Part shown: in pieces, positions 44,280-64,000 of the stretch | Layout of the letters: every line of letters starts with the position of its first letter | Numbering within the stretch: the first letter of the stretch is position 1 | From: Eledone cirrhosa | Taxonomy: Eukaryota | Length of the DNA: 64,000 bases | NCBI GenBank assembly: GCA_964016885.1 | Contig: OZ024748.1 | Span: 10,478,001-10,542,000, forward strand | Reading direction: 5' to 3' | Notes under the pieces: model-generated | What the model saw: only the letters and a program-made list of their open reading frames with translations | Told to the model about the DNA's origin: nothing | Database searches by the model: none | Translations under genes and position numbers: made by a program

Positions 44280-45557
44280 GAAAAGTATAGAAATTATTAT
44301 GAGCAAGAAGCACACAGTATTTCATAATATATAAGTGACTTTAGTGCCCCCACCTGACTGTGTCCTAGGGACACTAAACTAGTTATCTTGTGTGTGTGTG
44401 TATATAACCATTTTCCATGTTTTATAGCCGCATGCCTTTCCTTGTGCCAACCCTTTTAGTTTTCTCTCACAATTCATTATCAATAATGCTTATTTTGCAG
44501 TGCTACGTTCCCGAATGTGTGGATTATGATTTAAAAAAAACTATCCTTTTCACTCACTGTAATTGTCTAATATTCTATGGGTTGTATATAAAGTTGACTT
44601 AAGTGGGTTATTATTATTTAAATATTATTACTTTTAGTTTAGAAATATGGGTTACCAGTTCGAATTTATTCAGGAACGATGTAGGTATTGAGGTATATGG
44701 CATCTTATACTGATGGACACCTAGTTTAGATATATTGTGTATGAATTAGAGATGCACTGATGTATAAATTGATCAATTACCAATTAATCGGCTGCCGATT
44801 ATCCCTAACGTAATGTACTATCAAGATGAGTATTATAATTTATTGTTAGTAATATATAATACCTTTAAATAAACATGTAATTGGAAAGTGTTTAAAAGGT
44901 CAATTAAACACATGTGGTCTCTGTTGGGGTGGATCTCTTCTATTTTGGCATCATTTTACATTGGGGGAGTTACCTCCCCTGGCAGACCCAAGTAATTTCC
45001 AGTTGTGTCGATCAGCATATTTGAGCCCTAGATACAGGGTTATATATATATATATTACACTGGTTAACTTAGATTTTGCCTAAGGAAATCTTTGTGTATT
45101 TCGATGTATTGGATCCAATGTTTTCTGACTATACCAGCGTTTTATTGAGTGTGTGTGGGGGGCCACTTGTAGATTTAATCTGTCACCCAATTTATCATAA
45201 TTACCTGGCTCTTCGGTGTCTTTCGCAGAGCCAATTCTGTTGCAAACATTTCGGACCCAGTCTCCAGTTTAAAGATTCCCCTCCCTCCTTCCCACCAGAT
45301 TTGTAGTCCCTGAAATGTATCATAATATAAAAGAAAAAAAAATCATGAAGTATAAGTGATCTTAGCTGGAGTTGAGGGCATTTCACTTCACTTATTGGCA
45401 TTTTCTGTAAAAATTCAGTACCTCTTGATAAAGTATGAAGTATGATAGCAATTTCAGTTAAATGCTCTTGTGTGTCTAAGTCAACATTAGATTGTTCTAG
45501 AATATATACATTTTTAAAGTAATTTTTCTTTGATATTCCAGATAGCCATTATTCATC

Positions 45558-57018
<11,461 letters not shown>

Positions 57019-60000
57019 TAATTTTCAACATCTCGTTCTTTTCATACATACATGTATATATTTATATATATGTATATATATAGGCACAAACATGTATATA
57101 TGTATTTATATATACACATGTATGTATATATATATATATATATATACACGGACAAACGTATATATATATATATATACGGACAAACGTATATATATATATA
57201 TATAAACACACACGTATATATGTATATATACATGCACATGTATATATGTATAAATACATATATGCCTACATGTATACATATGTACTTACATATATGTATG
57301 TTTGTGTGTGTATATATATATATTTTATTTTTATTTTTTTACAATCCTTTTTCTCTATATACCTTCCCCCTTTTTTACTGCTTCATGTTAACTGTATTTG
57401 TTGCAGTGTTCTCCATTCTAGTCTAACAGAAACTATTATTATCCTCATTTTTATTCTGGAAAAAAAAAAATTACCAAAAGAATAACTTTAAAAAAAAAAA
57501 ACCCTTGTTTTTTGGCCTTAATTGATGAAGCCATTAAAATATATATTTAAAAGCAAAACAACAGGAGGAGGAACAGGGCAATGATGCCAACCACATATTT
57601 GACACCATCAAACTGTGTTCTGTGCCCCCTATTTAATTTTTTTGTTTCAGTTGAGTCTCTGTCAAATTGTTTATTTATTTGGTGATGTTGTCCATGGTAA
57701 CCACTTGGCTTCATCAATAGATAGTATGGTAAAATAGAGGAAGAAAGCACCATATATATATATATATTTTTTTTTTAATATAAGAAGTGGGAACTAATTC
57801 TATTTATTATACAAATTGATCTTTATGTTAAAGTGAAAGAATTTAAAAAAAAGATGAGCTACCAACTGTTTTTTTAAAAATTATTTTAGAATCTAACGTA
57901 ATAAATATATAAGAAACTCAATACCTCAGGCCCCTAACTCCATCTATAGTTCCATAGTCTACTTTAGCCCTTTTGATACCAAACTGCCAGAAGCTGCCCC
58001 TGGTTCAACCTTACACAGCAGTTTGTTTTATGTAAGAACCATTGTTAAGTTATTGTTTCAAACACCAGCTTAGTAATAAGCGAGTTATTTTTTATGTTAC
58101 TAAATCCTCAGAAATGTTTGGTTATTTAAAAATATATTTTGAAAATCACAGACTGTCTTTCATTAAAGATTTGATGGTTAATGAAAGGTTTAAAGAACAA
58201 ATTTATGAACAGAAAGGTTTCATAATGGCTTTGAATATTGATGGTGGCAGTGTTCTTTACCAACTTAACAGAGACCTTGATTGTGCGGTTATTGTTGTCA
58301 CATACACCGCACCAGCAGGTCCTTCTTGAAATTTTCAGCAGTTGTGGCGGGCACATCATCATTCTTAAACCAATTTCTTTCTTATATTGGTGCCCCAGCA
58401 TGGCCACAGACTACTCAGTGACATCGGTAAAAGAGTAAATAATATTTATATTTATAATAACAAAATACCAGTTTAGTACTGGGTGTCAGTTTAATCAACT
58501 GGTCCATTGTACCTGTCAGAAATTATTATTATGAAAAGGACGATGGATTGGCAGCATCAGTAGAGTGTCGGGCAATCTGTTTTGTTGCATAGTTACGAGT
58601 TGCGACCCTTTATGTTCTGAGTTCAAATCCCATCATGGTCAGCTTTGCCTTTCATCCTTATGGGCTCGATAAAGTAAAATAGCAGTAATGCACTGTGGTC
58701 GATTTAATCGAATTTTCCTCTCCCCTAAAATTGCTGGCCTTGTGCCTATAGTAGGAATTATTATTATTATTATGAAACAGTTGGTGTCTCCTCATCTTCT
58801 TCTTGTTGTGGTCAACGTGCATGTTGATATTTGTTTGGGTTTGTATTTTTCTCCTATTTTTTTTTTGTTTTGTTTATTTTGTTGTTTTTCAGTCAAAAAT
58901 GGTGATGTTATTTGATAATTAATGACATAATATAATACGACCAATATTATATGCTATGATATATGATATGATATACTTATAAGATTAAAAACCAATGTTA
59001 GCGAGATAGTGTAAATGGTTTTGTCAGTCATTTGTTGGAAGCATTTCACCAATGTTTGTTAAAATACACAGCAGAGAAAGTAGGGTGTATACACACTCAT
59101 ATATATGTATATGTGTGTATATATATATATATGCATACATACATAAATACACGCGCACATATCAATATATAACAACTATCTTTAAAAGTAAGCTTATTAT
59201 TGTTATCATAATAGAAGAATTATTTCCCTGGTCATATTTGCATCCTGATCTGATACTGTGGTACTGGATCTTCTCTGTCTTAGCATCTGTTCTTTAACCC
59301 CTTACTACACTGAGACCCATATTAAAATCATGAAAAGTCACTGTTATATTTAGTTGAGTAGTTGAATTATTAACATTCTCTTTCACTTGGCCAATGAAGG
59401 TGCCTATACATTGTTGATCATCTTGCTGGAAATACCAGCCCAAACTCTCTCAAATCTTCCATCTATAAAGGAATGAACACATTGGACATTGTGGTTTCAG
59501 GAGTTCACTGTCTGGGGTAAAAAAAAAAAAACGATGACTTCAGTCATGGCTTAAGTTGCCTCTGGTCAACTTGACCAGCATGTGCTTCAAATACTTTTGG
59601 TTCTCTTGAATTCTTGAAACAAATCTGAGACTGTACCACTTTTCACTTTAAAAAACCTATCTGTTGAGAATCTGTCCCAAACTAAGAATTACTTATTCAG
59701 TAACATCCATAAACATGTATGTCGAGTGCAACCACCATGTTTGAAATGACTGACAGATCATGGCTTTAGTGTCCCCTTTTCCATACTGGCATGGGTTGGA
59801 TGGAAGGGTTTTGGGAGGCAATATTTTACATGTATTGTGAATGAATGCAGCCTAGTGGTTAGAATTTGGGCTCTTTGTCATAAGGTTGAGGGTTTGATTC
59901 TCAGATCAGATGGTGTATTGTGTCCTTGAGCAAGGCACTTCATTTCACGTTTCTCCAGTTCACTTCAGCTTAAGATAAGTACCGGCAGCAACTTGACTGG

Positions 60001-61068
60001 GTGTTTAGCCCTGTGGTAGACTGACACTCCATCCAGCAGTGTCTGTTTTGTACTCATAATGGCTTAATGCTCGTGAAACTAGGATATGCTCCATGTTTCG
60101 TTCAGCTTGTGTAGGGGGGGGGGGGTCTGTATAATCAATAACTCGTTTTTATGTCCAGGTGCCCTTCCTGATACCTATATTTGTTACCTCTCATAACACA
60201 GGGATTCAGTGTACGCAATCTAAAAGACAGTATACACACAGTTAATATATTACAAACATTCATTGCTTCCATTGTTTGAACTATCAACTGCAGAAATTGA
60301 AATTTTATTTTATTTTATTCTTTTCTTTTTCTTTTTTCATCTGAACATTTGAAACCAAATGCTGTTTTCTAGAACTTTCTATTCTATATCACTAAATAAA
60401 AATGTTGTCATTTTGTTCTCATTTTTATGTCCATTTTTTTTTCATATGCCTGATGTGTTTTACATCAAACCTGGTTTCTTCTCTCTTCTTACATTACACA
60501 CCACCATCATGAGACATGCCAATCCTTATTATTATTATTCACATCACATGATATAACTGGCTGAGGTTTTTCAGCTGCAAGGAAAGGCTGTCCCTTCTTT
60601 CTTTCTCTATCTATCTATCTATCTATTGTTTTTTTTTTTTTTATGATTGATCTGTTTACACCGACCACTCTCTAAAAGAGTAAAAATTCCTTAACATCAT
60701 TGTTGTCATCATCATCATCGCTGGTTTAAAAACAGTTGTTTTTTTTTTTACATATTTTTTTATTTTATTTTTTTTTTGTTCCATGCTGGCGTGGGTTGGA
60801 TGGGTCTGCAGAAAAGTAGACAAATTTCTAAAGAGCTTTTTTTTTTTTTTTTTTCCTTCAAATCATGCCTCATTAAATATTTTGAATTGCACTTCTATTA
60901 AAACTTATTTTGTCTAAGAGCTGTCCAATGTTCATAACACTAGAAATATATCTTGCCTCTATTGAAACTACATGTAAAATATTTATCTGTGAAAAGCTTT
61001 AATGAAAATTATAGTCTTCTTAAATATATTCAGATTTACCATTTGATGCAAAATGACCTTTTCTCTCT

Positions 61069-61104
<36 letters not shown>

Positions 61105-61696
61105 TGTTCATGTTTAAATATTAAAAACATTCCTTAATATAATTTTATGCAAAAGCCTCCTGTTCTGTTCCAAACTCCCAGCTTTATAATGAAAAAGTGA
61201 ATTATTTTACTAAATCCTTCCAGTTTTTTTTTTTTTTTTTAAATTAAAATAAAACTTACAGAAATGCATAGACAATTTATTTAATTAAAAATCTGACTAT
61301 AAAGGGTTTAAGGCTGTAGACAATACAGAATATGCATCAGTCAGGACTTGTTGTTTATATCTTCCATGTCTTCTATGTAAATGTTGAAAATTTTTGCAAG
61401 GAGATTAATGGAAGGAGAGGAAAATGATTTGTTAATTAAAGCTGTGTATGTGTATATATATTGTGTATGTATGTTCTGATTTATACTTTCCACTTACTGG
61501 TTGAAGTTTGTTGGTCACCTTGTTTCTTAATTCTTCAGAGTAATGGTGGTTCCAAAAATTATTTTGTTGTGAAACCCTTTTACAGTTTTCTAAAACCACG
61601 GAACCCATAACTATTTTGCTGGCAATCACTAAATAGGATAAACTTTTAAAAAATAATGGTGAAAGCAAAAAGGAATTTAATACACACACACAAATA

Positions 61697-61739
<43 letters not shown>

Positions 61740-61744
61740 ATTTA

Positions 61745-61780
<36 letters not shown>

Positions 61781-64000
61781 ATGTGTGTGTGTGAGAGAGA
61801 GAGAGAATTTACTATATATATATATATATAGTAAATTCTTCTCATATCTTTTAATACACCTTAAAATAATTTGGACTTCTTACCCATTTGAATTCATATT
61901 TCAACTCATGTTTTATAATACCCAGCTTAGATGAGTTTTCTTAGTTGGGATTTTTAACCATCATATATGAAGTATATATAGTGATATTTAGATAAGAATG
62001 GTCATCTGTAAGAATGAGCCCCACAAATTGGACTGGTTCTTTCAATGTTATACCTTCACTATCCTTTATTTTATAAAACCTGACAGCAAATTTTGAAATG
62101 TTTTATGCTTGTTTCCTTTAAAAAAAAGTACATTAATCCCAACATTTTAGTTTTAGATACTGAGTATAAGAATGAAATAATGCAATTTTATCTGTTTATT
62201 GAATGTAGTCTTTTGCATATCATGTCTGCTTTGTTGGTGTTTAATTCTCAGTAACATTCATTGATTTAATCCAGTATGAAGGTCTTGCCCTTTTGTTTAT
62301 GTTCATTTCTGGAGCTTTATTCCTATGACTGGGGATTCTTTCATTGATCAGTGGGAGAAGTCTTACTCGAAACAGTTGTAGAGTGTCTAACAAAATAGAT
62401 CTTCACGATATTAAGTTAAATACCTGCTTCTCTTTCTCTTTACACATACTACAGCATTTCTACCTATAGTATCATACAATAGTATGTATGGTAGAGAAGT
62501 CTTATAGAGTCAAATGGTTATTTTATATCATTGGGTATAAGTTTCACCTTTATGTAGCTGGTGCTACTTGTGTGGGTGTGTGTGTATATGTATGTATGTA
62601 TGCACAAGGCAAACAGAAATAAGAAAGCAAACAACACGGTACAGTAAAGAAATATATTATTAGTTTTATGCTTGATATAGTATGAAATGAGTTTTAACGT
62701 TTTGGATGTTAGTCCTTTATATATATGTTAATGTAAATTATAATTGGTGCTAATTATAGCATCTAATGTGTCGTTTATATTAACATCTTTGCTGTTTGTT
62801 AATTCATAACAACATAGTTAAATGTTATACATCCGTGATGTGTGCATTATATATCCATGCACAAAAGTTTAAAGTAGGCCTAGAGGGAATGGACAATAAA
62901 AACACTGGTGGAAAATGAACTTGCCTGTTCTTGGTTACCATGCAAATATACTTATTCCCTTTGCTAAGCAAAATGGTTTCACAACTTTTTTGTCTCTCAA
63001 ATTCTTGTTTGCAACAATTCAAACAATATACTGTGTGTTTGTGTGTGGTGAGTGAAGAATATCATTCTGATTGAACTGACAGTTCCATGGGAAGACAGGT
63101 GTAGGGAGGTGTTAAAGAGGAAGGCCACCAAGTACCAGAGCCTGATCCAATAATATATAGAAATGGTGTAAGGACTGGCAGTTTCCAGTTGAGGTTAACT
63201 GCCTGGGTTTTCTGATGGTTGCTCACAGCCTGGGATAGGCTGGAAGAAAGAACCTCTTGTTAGTTCTGAAATAGGTGGTAGAAGTTAAGTTGGAAGCTTG
63301 AAGGGATAAATCATCACAACTGACCTGCCAAATGGAATATGGTGTGGCTTAGGGTCAAAACATCCAAAGAAAATTGAACCCCAGTTGACGACTTTTTCTC
63401 ATGGTTTAATATTAGTCATAATTTGGTCACTCAATGTGTAAGCAACTGTAGTAGATGTATCCTATGATATGATAAATGTTTGTTACATCCACATATACAA
63501 CAAATATATTTGTTAGATCTAAGGGAACCAGGATTACGTGTTCACTGACCAAAGATCGACTATACACATAAACAGATGAAGATGTGACTAATTATGGGTT
63601 AAATTTTGTTACTGTGTTCACAAGAAGGAAATTTGATGTGTTGGCATATTTTTAGCAGAAAGCACATCAAATTCAGTTGTAACTGTTCTTAGGCATCTCA
63701 TCTTAAACTGGTTTTGATATATAGTTGACTAAAAGGCTGGTTGAACCAAATCTTTAGCTTCAATAACTTGTAGCAAAACTTACACACTACCATTTTTCAG
63801 CACTTCTGTGTTTTCTACCACAAAAATAAACAAAACTATATATTTATTATGGTTTGAGAGATTCTTTAAGTTGTGACCTACTATTTGTAGGAGTGTTGCT
63901 AAGTTTTTGTATTTGGTATTCTATATTTTCACATCAGTGAACGTTTTACTCACTATTCATTGAATATTGCATGTACACACTCTTTTGGGTGACTCTAGCA

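Overview
AT-rich, microsatellite-dense eukaryotic DNA. The repeat families (Nin/Deu-type SINEs, tRNA-headed SINEs with RTE tails) suggest an octopod cephalopod, which is an inference. The minus strand carries a TOPBP1 orthologue: I traced 37 phase-consistent coding exons by hand from ATG 36902 to 6432 (4224 nt, 1408 aa, BRCT0-7 plus the ATR-activation domain). The gene continues beyond the left edge. Head-to-head on the plus strand lie the first exons of SMARCE1/BAF57 (ATG 45558; HMG-box start at 56908-56982). A young, ORF-intact RTE-clade LINE fills 1-6121 inside a TOPBP1 intron. It has a PHD finger inserted in its RT C-terminus and a 2.7-kb nested higher-order tandem array (98-bp units arranged 5-3-5-3) at its 5' end. 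Its 3' UTR is shared with a young SINE family found in the same window. Introns and the intergenic region hold several Penelope-type minimal hammerhead ribozyme motifs (one with an intact core), piggyBac-type TTAA MITEs, mariner, hAT and Helitron relics, minisatellites and long inverted repeats. All calls were made by eye and from remembered protein motifs; no database searches were run.
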